Below, in pieces: positions 20,367-30,049 of a stretch of 64,000 nucleotides of DNA. The stretch is from Candidatus Bathyarchaeota archaeon. GTDB taxonomy: Archaea; Thermoproteota; Bathyarchaeia; Bathyarchaeales; Bathycorpusculaceae. Where the stretch lies: positions 96,001 through 160,000 of the forward strand of contig CAWGYA010000002.1 of NCBI GenBank assembly GCA_963826715.1, written 5' to 3'. The position numbers were made by a program, and so were the translations under genes. Positions within the stretch are counted from its first letter, which is position 1. Every line of letters starts with the position of its first letter. The notes under the pieces are model-generated. The model worked only from the letters and a program-made list of their open reading frames with translations. It ran no database searches and was not told where the DNA came from.

Positions 20367-22280
20367 CTACTTCACTTTATAGTCTTCTGAATCGACCACT
20401 TCAGGTCCTTCTGGACCCTGACCACCGTTTGGTGGTGTCTCAGGTCCTGGACCAGCACCAGGTTGTTGACCAGCCTGTCCACCTTGAGCTTGTTGCTGCT
20501 TTGCCGCTTCTGCTGCAGCCTGTTGGTAGACTTTGGTTCCAACTTCTTGGAGCACTTTCTGTAGCTCATCGGATTTTGTTTTAACCAATGCCATATCATT
20601 GTTTGCTAGTGCGTTTTTGAGTTCAGTGACTGCTGCGTCGATTTTAGCCGTTTCTTCGGGACTAATTTTGCCTGATAGGTCCTGCTTTGTGCGTTCAGCT
20701 GTGTAAACAAGGCTATCGGCTGTATTCCGGGTTTCTGCTTCTTCTTTCTTTTTGCGGTCTTGGTCAGCGAATTGTTCTGCGTCGCGTATTAAGCGATCTT
20801 TTTCCTCTTTGGAGAGCTTGGTGGATGCTGTGATGGTAATTTTTGCCTGTTTGCCAGTGCCACGGTCTTTAGCAGTCACGTTTAGAATGCCATTTGCATC
20901 AATATCAAAGGTAACTTCAATCTGTGGTACCCCACGTGGCGCGGGGGGGAGATCTACGAGGTTGAATTCACCCAGAGATACGTTGTCGCCTGCCATTGCG
21001 CGTTCTCCTTGAAGGACGTGAATTGTAACTGCGGTTTGGAAATCTGCTGCTGTGCTGAACACTTGGCTTCGCTTTGTGGGTATGGTTGTGTTCTTTTCAA
21101 GGACGCGAGTCATTACTCCGCCCATGGTTTCAACCCCTAAACTTAGAGGGGTAACATCGAGCAAGAGTAAGTCTTTGACTTCTCCTGTAATGACTCCGGC
21201 TTGGATTGCTGCACCGATAGCGACACATTCCATGGGGTCTAGACCGCGTTCGGGGGCTTTGCCGAGTATTTGTTCAACGAAACGTTGCACGAGTGGCATT
21301 CTGGTCATGCCGCCTATGAGGATGATTTTGTCTACTTGTTGTGGATTGAGTTTGGCATCTTCCAAGGCTTTTAGGAGGGTAGGTCTTGTGCGTTCTACGA
21401 TTGGTTGGGCGAGAGATTCAAGTTTAGTTCTTGTTAGGGTGAGATGGAGGTGTTTGGGTCCTGAGGCATCTGCAGTTAGAAAAGGCAGATCAATGTCGGT
21501 GCTCATAAGCGTTGAGAGCTCGATCTTGGCTTTCTCCGCCGCATCTTTTAACCGTGACATTGCCATACGATCATTACTAACATCTACACCCGTTTGTCGC
21601 TTGAATTCGTCAAGTATGTATGTCATGATTGCTTTGTCAACATCGGTTCCACCGAGTTGAGTATCTCCACTAGTGCTGAGCACTTGGAACACACCTTTAC
21701 CGAAATCCATTAAAGTTACATCGTGGGTTCCCCCGCCGAAGCTGAAAACGAGAATCTTCATTTCCTGCTCAAGTTTATCAATACCATAAGCAAGGCATGC
21801 CGCTGTAGGTTCATTGATGATACGCATAACTTGGAATCCTGCAATTTCGCCTGCATCCTTAGTAGCTTGTCTTTGGTTGTCGTCGAAATGCGCTGGTACG
21901 GTAATGACTGCCTGGTTTATGGTTCCTCCAAGATACGTTTCGGCGTCCTTTTTGATTTTCTGCAGAATAAAAGCAGAGATTTGCTGGGGGCTGTATTCTT
22001 TGCCGTAAATGCTAGCTTTGTAGTTCGTACCCATTTTGCGTTTTATTTCAAATATTGTGCCTTCGGAATTAGTTGTCGCTTGACGTTTTGCTGGTTCACC
22101 GACCAGTAGCTGTCCATCTTTCGTGAAAGCTACAACAGATGGAAACATTTTGCCTGCCATCGTTGGTCCTTCAGCACTGGGGATAACAGATGCGTGTCCC
22201 CCCTCATAGATTGCTGCTGCTGAATTGGTTGTTCCTAAGTCTATTCCTAAGACTTTTTGATTTGTTTTTTGGTTACTCAT
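20367..22280 (-). CDS. dnaK: Chaperone DnaK (Hsp70)
   Basis: [52 protein letters not shown]. Confidence 0.99.
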   Translation of the reverse strand: MSNQKTNQKVLGIDLGTTNSAAAIYEGGHASVIPSAEGPTMAGKMFPSVVAFTKDGQLLVGEPAKRQATTNSEGTIFEIKRKMGTNYKASIYGKEYSPQQISAFILQKIKKDAETYLGGTINQAVITVPAHFDDNQRQATKDAGEIAGFQVMRIINEPTAACLAYGIDKLEQEMKILVFSFGGGTHDVTLMDFGKGVFQVLSTSGDTQLGGTDVDKAIMTYILDEFKRQTGVDVSNDRMAMSRLKDAAEKAKIELSTLMSTDIDLPFLTADASGPKHLHLTLTRTKLESLAQPIVERTRPTLLKALEDAKLNPQQVDKIILIGGMTRMPLVQRFVEQILGKAPERGLDPMECVAIGAAIQAGVITGEVKDLLLLDVTPLSLGVETMGGVMTRVLEKNTTIPTKRSQVFSTAADFQTAVTIHVLQGERAMAGDNVSLGEFNLVDLPPAPRGVPQIEVTFDIDANGILNVTAKDRGTGKQAKITITASTKLSKEEKDRLIRDAEQFADQDRKKKEEAETRNTADSLVYTAERTKQDLSGKISPEETAKIDAAVTELKNALANNDMALVKTKSDELQKVLQEVGTKVYQQAAAEAAKQQQAQGGQAGQQPGAGPGPETPPNGGQGPEGPEVVDSEDYKVK

Positions 22281-22307
22281 TTATTTTTTTTCCTCCAATT
22301 ATTTTTT

Positions 22308-22808
22308 TTACTTTGATGGGTTAGCTACCTTAACGATGCTGGGACGTAGCGCCTTATCCTTTAACTTATAGCCCTTGCGAATTTCTTCTACAATAACACA
22401 ATCTTTTACGTCGTCACGAGTTTCGGCAGCAATAGCGTGGTGGCAAGCTGGGTCAAAAACCATGCCCTCGCCACACTCTATAGCAGAAACGTTTTCTTGC
22501 TCAAGAACTTTTCTGAGTTTTTTTAGGGTCATTTCGACGCCTTCAACAAGTGTTTTTTGAGATGTTTCCGAGGCATTGGCAACTTTAACTGCTAACTCGA
22601 GTTCATCAACAACATCGAGTAGCTGTAGAATTATGCGTTCGGCACAACATCTTCTGGTTTGCTCAAGGTCTCGGTCAAATCTTTTTTTGACATTTTCGAA
22701 GTCTGCCTGCAAATACTTTAGCCTAGTCAAGTAGTCTTCAGAGCGTTTCTTTTCTGATTCAAGGAGTTTTTCAAAATCAATGGGCTGTGGTTCTTTGTCT
22801 TCAACCAT
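22308..22808 (-). CDS. grpE: Nucleotide exchange factor GrpE
   Basis: QADFEN.KKR, FDP..HHA, KGY.L..K.LRPS.VKV; directly upstream of dnaK. Confidence 0.96.
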   Translation of the reverse strand: MVEDKEPQPIDFEKLLESEKKRSEDYLTRLKYLQADFENVKKRFDRDLEQTRRCCAERIILQLLDVVDELELAVKVANASETSQKTLVEGVEMTLKKLRKVLEQENVSAIECGEGMVFDPACHHAIAAETRDDVKDCVIVEEIRKGYKLKDKALRPSIVKVANPSK

Positions 22809-22832
22809 GCGCTTCTTCCTCTACTTATGTGT

Positions 22833-23240
22833 CTATGCGACGTATTTCTGCATTTTTGTGCGTGAAGCTTCTGAGTCTTCAGCAGGCAACTCTTGAGGTT
22901 GTTCTTCCTGCATACATTGATTATTCGGCAGCATCTTTGCTTGCTCGACTAGTTTTCTAAAGATGATTTCGGTGACTTGGTCTCCAACGGCATCTTCTTT
23001 TAGTTCCGTATTAAAGGCGTATTTTTTGAATGCTTCAACAATTTCTTTTTTGTCAATTACCACTTTTGGGTTTGAGATATCTGTCCATCCAGCCGACATT
23101 AACTTGTGCCCGAGTTCAATGAATATGTTGACCATTGTAGTATAATCGATATCAAGAGGCGTATCTCCAGTTAAGAATCGTCCTTTTGCAAGTAGAATTT
23201 TTTTGTCGTTTTCAGGGGTTATTGTTAAGCTTCTGCGCAT
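22833..23240 (-). CDS. Hypothetical protein heading the grpE-dnaK operon (possible RHH-like regulator)
   Basis: 24 bp from grpE; N-terminus MRRSLTITPENDKKILL has a strand-then-helix pattern; GGTGA RBS. Confidence 0.65.
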   Translation of the reverse strand: MRRSLTITPENDKKILLAKGRFLTGDTPLDIDYTTMVNIFIELGHKLMSAGWTDISNPKVVIDKKEIVEAFKKYAFNTELKEDAVGDQVTEIIFRKLVEQAKMLPNNQCMQEEQPQELPAEDSEASRTKMQKYVA

Positions 23241-23436
23241 TTATTCACCAACATCAAAACGGTATTCCACCGCTTCACCTAATGCACACCTACACGCTTG
23301 CTTATATTCTTTCCCTAAAAATGAGCCAAACCTAACAATCCAAACACAGGGGAAAGCATCAAAACACTCTCTGCTGTGAGTTAGATAACAATGGTTATTG
23401 TTCGAAAGTTGAAAAAAAGAAAAGAATTGTTTAAGG

Positions 23437-24009
23437 CTAATAGTTTTCGGCATAAACTTCAAAGTATGCTTTAGGGTGATTGCAGGTTGGACATTTATCT
23501 GGGGCCATAGAGCTATCGATGACTAAGCCACAGTTTCTACATTTCCATTTAATTGGAGCATCCTTCTTGAAAACTCGGCCTGATTCTATGCTTTCAAGTA
23601 GTTTGTTGTAACGCCGTTCGTGAGAAACTTCAACTTTAGCCACCATCCGAAAAGTTGAGGCAACATCTTTGAAACCTTCTTGTTCGGCAATATTGCCGAA
23701 GTTTGGATAAAGCGTACCCCATTCAAGTTTTTCGCCTGCGGCAGCTGCTTTCAAGTTATCCGCCGTGGTCGCAATAATACCTGCTGGGTAAGCTGCAGTG
23801 AACTCTACCATTCCGCCTTTGAGGTGCTTAAAGAAAAGTTCCGCATGTTCCTTCTCGTTTCCCGCAGTTTCCTCGAAAATTGCAGCTATCTGTTCATAAC
23901 CCTCTTTTTTGGCTACGCTGGCAAAGAAGGTATACCGGTTACGTGCCTGGGATTCGCCTGCAAAAGCTGCCAAGAGGTTCTTTTCTGTTTGACTTCCAAC
24001 AAAATCCAT
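23437..24009 (-). CDS. rbr: Rubrerythrin
   Basis: AFAGESQARNRY, NEKEHA, GEKLEW..LYP, E.SHE, C-terminal CRNC...CPTC rubredoxin; start at MDFVGS after AAGGAG. Confidence 0.96.
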   Translation of the reverse strand: MDFVGSQTEKNLLAAFAGESQARNRYTFFASVAKKEGYEQIAAIFEETAGNEKEHAELFFKHLKGGMVEFTAAYPAGIIATTADNLKAAAAGEKLEWGTLYPNFGNIAEQEGFKDVASTFRMVAKVEVSHERRYNKLLESIESGRVFKKDAPIKWKCRNCGLVIDSSMAPDKCPTCNHPKAYFEVYAENY

Positions 24010-24120
24010 TAGTTTATGCTCCTTATTATGAAGTTGTTTAAACAAAAATAAAAAAGTATCCAAAAATTTATCCGTATTTTATGGTTAATGCTTTTATTTC
24101 TGCTAGACTCTTATTGTGAC

Positions 24121-24185
24121 GCCGGATGATGAGAAGGCATTAGCTTGACGTAAAACGGATGAAAATTCAGAGTTACTCAGACGGC
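24121..24185 (+). ncRNA. Box C/D guide sRNA (dual guide, predicted LSU rRNA targets)
   Basis: Terminal stem GCCG/CGGC; C box ATGATGA 24126-32; guide GAAGGCATTAGC; D' TTGA 24145-48; C' CGGATGA 24156-62; guide AAATTCAGAGTTACT; D CAGA 24178-81; T-rich TATA-like element about 25 bp upstream and T-tract downstream. Confidence 0.8.
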
Positions 24186-24297
24186 ATACAATTTTAGTTT
24201 TCAAAAGAATACTTTGATAAAAGTCCAGCGGCTAATCGATAGCAATTTTTAAAAGCACTACGAACAATTCATTTACCCTACTACAGGAAGCGAAAGG

Positions 24298-25938
24298 TTG
24301 GAAACAGTTACAGGGAAAAAAATCGTCCTTACAGCATCAGCTACGGAAATGAGTGATTTCCTCAACAATCCCTTCATTGCCTTTGTCGGAGGCTTCGGCA
24401 AAGGGCCCATCCCTCTCTCATACGTGCGAAAAACACTCTATCCTCATCACCCGAAAAAGTCCGATGGCCAAGCAAGTTATGCCCCATATGGACTTCGAAA
24501 AGTTGAATCCATTCTCCTCGAAGGAGGATTTTCACCAAACGACATCGTCGTTGCAAACCCAGAAGACTTAGATATATTCATTGGACCCCAAACTAGAGTC
24601 GTTGGCATCTCCTCGATGGATCCAACAGGTATGGGTTATGTTAGCAAAACCTACAGCTCAATTGTAGGCGGCGGTGAACCTATGAACCGCATAGAATTCC
24701 GCAAACTTGTAATGCATCCGGCTATCAAAAAATACAAAAATAATCTCAAAATCATTGTGGGCGGATACGGTTCATGGCAACTCGAACGCCAACATGTCTC
24801 TGAAAGCTATGGTATAGATTGTGTATTGATGGGAGGAAGACCGGGACCAATCGTTGAGCTCTTCAAGAAAGCCGTTAGCGGCGAACCGATCCCACGGATA
24901 GCAAAAGCTGATGAATCTTTAGATAATTGGAATTACAACTTAGAAATGCCCCTTACTACAAATGTGGCTATCCACGGGGCAGTAGAGATTTCAAAAGGGT
25001 GTGGTCGCAACTGCCAGTTCTGTACTCCAACGATGCAACACAAAATTGATGTGCCGATAGAAAAAATCATGGCGGAAGTGGCTCTAAGCACCGCTCAAGG
25101 AAGCGACCATATCACATTAATTACCGAAGACTTGTTTCTATACGGCGCCAAAGACAAACGTTTTATCCCTAACCGCGAAGCCGTCGTAAACTTATGCAAT
25201 AAAGTCGCTAAACATCCTGGCGTGAAAAGTATTCAAGCTGCGCATATGTCACTTGCTCCAGTTTCCCACGACCCCCAAATGATTAAAGAACTCGCAGAGG
25301 TTCTCATCGAAAAAAGCTGGTATTCCTTCGGCAAAAAACCCATCATCACCGCAGAAACCGGAATAGAAACAGGCAGCCCACGCCTAATGAAAAAATACAT
25401 GGCAGGCAAAATGTTGCCGTTCCAGCCCGAGCAATGGCAAGACGTGGTCACCAACGCATTCGGTATCCTAAACGACAACGACTGGTACCCACTAGCGACT
25501 CTCATTATTGGATTGCCAGACGAAAAAGAGGAAGACATGCTGCAGACTTTAGAATTAATGGATAAACTCAAGGGATACAATGCGTTCTATGTACCGCTCT
25601 TCTTTGTACCCTTGGAAAACTGTGTGTTGATGAACAAAAAAGGCGCAGAAATTGATTCACTTTCAAAAGCCCGCTGGGACTTCTTCATTAAATGCTGGGA
25701 ATACAACATCAAAATCTGGAAACCAACCTTCCTTGAAAATCGGCTGCCAAACCCAATGATATACAAAACATTCGACAAAATCCTCATTCCATCCTTTGGA
25801 AAAATTTTAGGCTCATATTACGGCTTCACCCGAGGCAGCACCGGAGAACAATTCAAACAAGCTGTTTTCCAACTAAGCATGCCATTACCCGAGAACGGAA
25901 GAAAAGTTAAAGGAAAAATAAAGGCAGCTTACTCTTAA
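24298..25938 (+). CDS. B12-binding-domain radical SAM protein, Grs/Gms/Gmm (tetraether lipid-modifying) family-like
   Basis: IVLTA..TEMS, APYGLRKVE, IIVGG.G.WQ, EISKGCGRNCQFC (CxxxCxxC), GIETGS.RL. Confidence 0.8.
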   Translation: METVTGKKIVLTASATEMSDFLNNPFIAFVGGFGKGPIPLSYVRKTLYPHHPKKSDGQASYAPYGLRKVESILLEGGFSPNDIVVANPEDLDIFIGPQTRVVGISSMDPTGMGYVSKTYSSIVGGGEPMNRIEFRKLVMHPAIKKYKNNLKIIVGGYGSWQLERQHVSESYGIDCVLMGGRPGPIVELFKKAVSGEPIPRIAKADESLDNWNYNLEMPLTTNVAIHGAVEISKGCGRNCQFCTPTMQHKIDVPIEKIMAEVALSTAQGSDHITLITEDLFLYGAKDKRFIPNREAVVNLCNKVAKHPGVKSIQAAHMSLAPVSHDPQMIKELAEVLIEKSWYSFGKKPIITAETGIETGSPRLMKKYMAGKMLPFQPEQWQDVVTNAFGILNDNDWYPLATLIIGLPDEKEEDMLQTLELMDKLKGYNAFYVPLFFVPLENCVLMNKKGAEIDSLSKARWDFFIKCWEYNIKIWKPTFLENRLPNPMIYKTFDKILIPSFGKILGSYYGFTRGSTGEQFKQAVFQLSMPLPENGRKVKGKIKAAYS

Positions 25939-26813
25939 ACTATTTCTTCTTCATCCTTTTCTATTTCTAAACTTTCAGGTTCCGACACCATGGGGGTCAT
26001 CGGTGAAATAGAAAATTCGTTTTCTGGCTTAAGGATTTTTCTTGCATGAGTTATGTATCCTGTATGACCTGTCATCATAGTATTTGGTCGTGTTTTTCCA
26101 CGTTCCACCTGCATAGTGCGCATAAGACACTCGACAGTTTCGATAAAGACAAAACCATTTTCACGGAGCGCTTCAGTTGTGCGAACGACCTGGTCTATTG
26201 TGGGGCTAAACGAAACCAAAATTCCGGATGGTTTGAGCGCTTTATAGGCATGTGGAACCACTAGCCATGGAACTGCCAAATCCAGAATTACCGCGTCCAA
26301 ATCCTTCTCTTCGATCCCCATAGTTACATCACCACTTTTCATCTCAACATTATTGATGAGTTTAGAACGTTGCAAATTTTTAGCTGCGTTTTTCTGGAAT
26401 TCTGGGCGTAACTCATAAGTATAAACTTTCCCGCTTTGACCTACATAATGTGCTAATGCGGTGGTTAATGCGGCTGTTCCTGTGCCTGACTCAAAAACGC
26501 GGCTTCCAGGACCTATACCGCTAAACATAACGATGAGTGCAGCGTCTTTAGGGTAAACAATTTGAGTATTTCGTCCTGACTTCATCATATAATCCGTTAA
26601 AGCAGGTTTTAAGGTTGCAAAAGTCACGCCTAGGCTACTTTTAATTGGTTCACCATAGGATTTACCGATTAACTCATCAAGCCGCAGATACCCCTTATGG
26701 GTATGGAAGGTCTGTCCAACCTGTACCTTTATCATGTAAGTTCGCCGTGAATCAAGGTAGATAAGCACGTAATCGCCATCAGAAATGATCTCTTCAGCCA
26801 AATTCAATCCCAT
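25935..26813 (-). CDS. trmI: tRNA (adenine-57/58-N1)-methyltransferase
   Basis: TQIVYPKD, ESGTGTAALT, YELR.EF, DAVILDL..PW, FSPTIDQV, HTGY. Confidence 0.95.
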   Translation of the reverse strand: MGLNLAEEIISDGDYVLIYLDSRRTYMIKVQVGQTFHTHKGYLRLDELIGKSYGEPIKSSLGVTFATLKPALTDYMMKSGRNTQIVYPKDAALIVMFSGIGPGSRVFESGTGTAALTTALAHYVGQSGKVYTYELRPEFQKNAAKNLQRSKLINNVEMKSGDVTMGIEEKDLDAVILDLAVPWLVVPHAYKALKPSGILVSFSPTIDQVVRTTEALRENGFVFIETVECLMRTMQVERGKTRPNTMMTGHTGYITHARKILKPENEFSISPMTPMVSEPESLEIEKDEEEIV

Positions 26814-27062
26814 GAAAGGAGAAATGCCGATTGACCCATTTAAGCTTTGAAGATCAGTTGCGAGTTTCCAAATCCGCTATTCCATCTCCAAGACCAAACA
26901 CGCAAAAATTGGTCATAATTTTCCATTAGTTAAAAAGTTCGTATTTATACAGATCAAGTGGGGCAATCAAAGACTTCAGGCAGGTTTCTGGACAAAGCCC
27001 AAAACAAAACTTACAAAAAATTCTGAAAAAAAATATTAAGAGGAAAGAAAAAGCTTGAAGGC

Positions 27063-29024
27063 TTATTTCTTTTCAAGTTGTTTGCGCAGTTCTGCGTATG
27101 TTGCTTTGATGTCTTCGATGCTGCCTTCGTCTTCGATTGTGCTGGTGTCACCTAGGGGTGCACCGGTTAAGACTGCTTTGAGAAGTCTGCGCATGATTTT
27201 GCCACTGCGTGTTTTGGGAAGCTTAGCGACTATTATGACTGCGTCTGGAGTTGCAATTGGACCAATTGTTGTTCTGACGTGTTTTTTAAGTTCAGCGCTA
27301 AGTTCGTCTGAAGGTGTGAATCCGCTACGTAATACTACAAATGCTACTGGTACTTCGCCTTTAACTACATCTTCTTTGCCCATTACTGCTGCTTCGCTGA
27401 CTGCTGGGTGAGATACTAATGCGCTCTCGAGTTCTACTGTACCGATGCGGTGACCTGCTACTTTGAGAACTTCGTCTGCTCTGCCAAGTAACCAGAAGTA
27501 TCCATCTTGATCGCGGATTGCATAGTCGCCGACGTAATAGATTCCTGGCCATTTGCCGAAGTATGTTTGTTTGAACCGGTCGGGATCTTTCCAAATGGTT
27601 TGTAGCATGCCTGGCCAAGGTGACTTTATTACTAGGTAGCCTTTGTTTCCTTGTGAGACTGGTTGTCCCTTTTCGTCGAAGATGTCAGTGTTAACTCCTG
27701 GTAGGGGAAGCGTGGCTGAGCCTGGTTTTAGCGGAGTTAGTTCTATTCCTGTGGTTGGGGAAATCATAAATCCTCCCGTTTCTGTTTGCCACCAGGTGTC
27801 GATTATTGGTAGTTTTTCTTTGCCGATTACACGGTAATACCATTTCCATGCTTCGGGGTTTATAGCTTCACCGACTGAGCCTAGTTCACGTAGTGAACTT
27901 AGGTCGTGTTTGTTGACCCATTCTTCGCCGAATTTCATGAACATGCGGACAGCGGTTGGGGTGCCATATAGAATGGTTATACCGTGGTTTTCGATCATTG
28001 ACCACCAACGGTCTTGTGCTGGATAGTCAGGTGTGCCCTCGAAGAGGAAAGCGGTGATACCGTGGCTCAATGGTGCATACACGTTATATGTGTGTCCTGT
28101 GATCCAGCCGATGTCTGCCACACACCAGTAAATGTCTTCGTCTGTTGGGTTAAACGCCCACTTAAGAGTCCAGTAGGCCCAAACTAGGTATCCGCCTATT
28201 CCATGCTGGACACCTTTTGGTTTGCCAGTTGTGCCTGATGTGTAGAGAATGAAGAGTGGATCAGTTGATTTCATGCTTTCTGGTTCGACGTATGCGTTTG
28301 CCCCGGCTGCAGTTAATGCATCGTGATACCAGACGTCTCGACCTTCTTTCATTTGAACTGCTTGACCGGTTCGTTTAACAACGATAACTTTCTCAACGTT
28401 CGGCATAAGTGATGCTGCCCGATCGGCATTGTCTTTAATTCCTACAGGTTTACCTCTTCGGAAAGAGCCGTCTGCTGTGATTAAGATTTTTGCTTCTGAG
28501 TCGTTTACTCTGTCAGCTAATGCTTCAGCACTGAAACCTGAAAATACTACAGTGTGAACGCCCCCTATTCTTGCTGTTGCCAACAAAGCTATAGGCAATT
28601 CAGGGATGACAGGCATAAATAAAGCAACACGATCACCTTTTTTGACGCCGTAGCTCTTCAAAACTTTTGCCAGTTTGTTTACTTCTCTATAAAGTTGGTA
28701 GTAAGTATAAGTTTTAACTTCGCCCATCTCGCCTTCCCAGATGTAGGCAAGCTTGTTTTTGCGACTGCTCTTAACATGCCTATCAAGTGCATTGTAAGTT
28801 ATGTTAAGTTCGCCATCGGGAAACCACTTGAAAAACGGCGGGTTAGAATCATCCAGCACCTTGGTGAAGGGCTTTATCCAGTCTATTGCTTTGGCTTTTT
28901 CAGCCCAATATTCTTGTGGGTTCTTAATTGAATTTTCCCATTCTTGCTTACGGATTTCTCCAGAAGAAACTTTTGCGATACTGGGATAATATTTTTCATT
29001 GAAAGGTAAACTATTTTCTGACAT
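27063..29024 (-). CDS. acs: Acetyl-CoA synthetase (AMP-forming)
   Basis: [40 protein letters not shown]. Confidence 0.97.
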   Translation of the reverse strand: MSENSLPFNEKYYPSIAKVSSGEIRKQEWENSIKNPQEYWAEKAKAIDWIKPFTKVLDDSNPPFFKWFPDGELNITYNALDRHVKSSRKNKLAYIWEGEMGEVKTYTYYQLYREVNKLAKVLKSYGVKKGDRVALFMPVIPELPIALLATARIGGVHTVVFSGFSAEALADRVNDSEAKILITADGSFRRGKPVGIKDNADRAASLMPNVEKVIVVKRTGQAVQMKEGRDVWYHDALTAAGANAYVEPESMKSTDPLFILYTSGTTGKPKGVQHGIGGYLVWAYWTLKWAFNPTDEDIYWCVADIGWITGHTYNVYAPLSHGITAFLFEGTPDYPAQDRWWSMIENHGITILYGTPTAVRMFMKFGEEWVNKHDLSSLRELGSVGEAINPEAWKWYYRVIGKEKLPIIDTWWQTETGGFMISPTTGIELTPLKPGSATLPLPGVNTDIFDEKGQPVSQGNKGYLVIKSPWPGMLQTIWKDPDRFKQTYFGKWPGIYYVGDYAIRDQDGYFWLLGRADEVLKVAGHRIGTVELESALVSHPAVSEAAVMGKEDVVKGEVPVAFVVLRSGFTPSDELSAELKKHVRTTIGPIATPDAVIIVAKLPKTRSGKIMRRLLKAVLTGAPLGDTSTIEDEGSIEDIKATYAELRKQLEKK

Positions 29025-29117
29025 TTTCTCAGTCCCAATTTGTTAGGGGACAAATGGGTCAATAGAATATAAGGATTTTCACATCAAACTTATAAAATAA
29101 AAATAATGAAAGAGAGA

Positions 29118-29711
29118 TTATTTTATTGGAAAAATCGGCAAAACTGTCTTTTGATGTGTTTCATTTAGGACTTCAGCAAGACCAAGGTAGACAGCGCTGA
29201 GACCACAGATAACCCCTTCGATACCAGTGATAGTATTGAAAGTAATATTGCCAAAGATCAAGGGATTACCTGTTGCATCCCGTATAGTCAGCATAAAAAA
29301 CAGAATAAACAACGAACCAAAAACGAATTGCAGAGTACGGTTTGTCTTCAGAGTACCGAAAAACATTGCGAAAGTGAAGAGCCCCCACATGAAGAAGTAG
29401 GCCGCCATAGCGGTATCTGTAGGCGCGGCTAACCCTTCAATAAAGGTTAACTTTGGCAGAATCAAAAGCCCAGCAAGAGACCACCAAAACAAGCCATATG
29501 AGCTGAAGGCCACGGTACCGAAAGTATTGCCTTTTTTGAATTCCATAATACCGACAATAATTTGAGCTAAACCACCATAAAATAAACCCATTGCCAAAAT
29601 CATAGTATCAAGAGGGAATACTCCAGCATTATGTAAATTAAGCAAAACTGTAGTTAATCCAAAGCCTAATAATCCAAGCGGAGCAGGGTTAGATAACTTA
29701 ATACTACTCAC
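29118..29711 (-). CDS. satP: Acetate uptake transporter (SatP/GPR1/FUN34/YaaH)
   Basis: [30 protein letters not shown] signature. Confidence 0.95.
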   Translation of the reverse strand: MSSIKLSNPAPLGLLGFGLTTVLLNLHNAGVFPLDTMILAMGLFYGGLAQIIVGIMEFKKGNTFGTVAFSSYGLFWWSLAGLLILPKLTFIEGLAAPTDTAMAAYFFMWGLFTFAMFFGTLKTNRTLQFVFGSLFILFFMLTIRDATGNPLIFGNITFNTITGIEGVICGLSAVYLGLAEVLNETHQKTVLPIFPIK

Positions 29712-30049
29712 GATTATTTTCCCCTTTCACTCTAAAAGTGGTAAAAAATTTAAATATTTTGCGTCCAAGATTTTTTAATTTTAATCCACTATTTTTCCAA
29801 AACAAAAAAAATAAAATAGGTCTGTGGAGAACCTCAGAGGATTCATTAAGAAATAGCGTTGAATAAGTTAGGCGTCGATATTTTTCAGAAAAAATTTCAA
29901 AATGGGTATACCATCAAATAATAAAACTCCAGTAAAACTAAATAAGTAATTACTAGAAGAAAAATCGTTAAAACAACTTCGTTAGCACTGAAGTATTAAG
30001 CGAAAGAGATTTAATTAAGAACTATTACAAATGTGCGCTGGGAATACAA

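Noticed and set aside
21052-21660. 202-aa antisense ORF inside dnaK (and similar antisense ORFs in the P-type ATPase, acs and activase genes)
   Set aside because: Shadow ORFs on the opposite strand of conserved genes.
26841-26890. GGAGATGG on the minus strand upstream of trmI resembling a fluoride riboswitch start
   Set aside because: The complementary CTCC stem and the downstream GCT.ATGA pseudoknot elements are missing.
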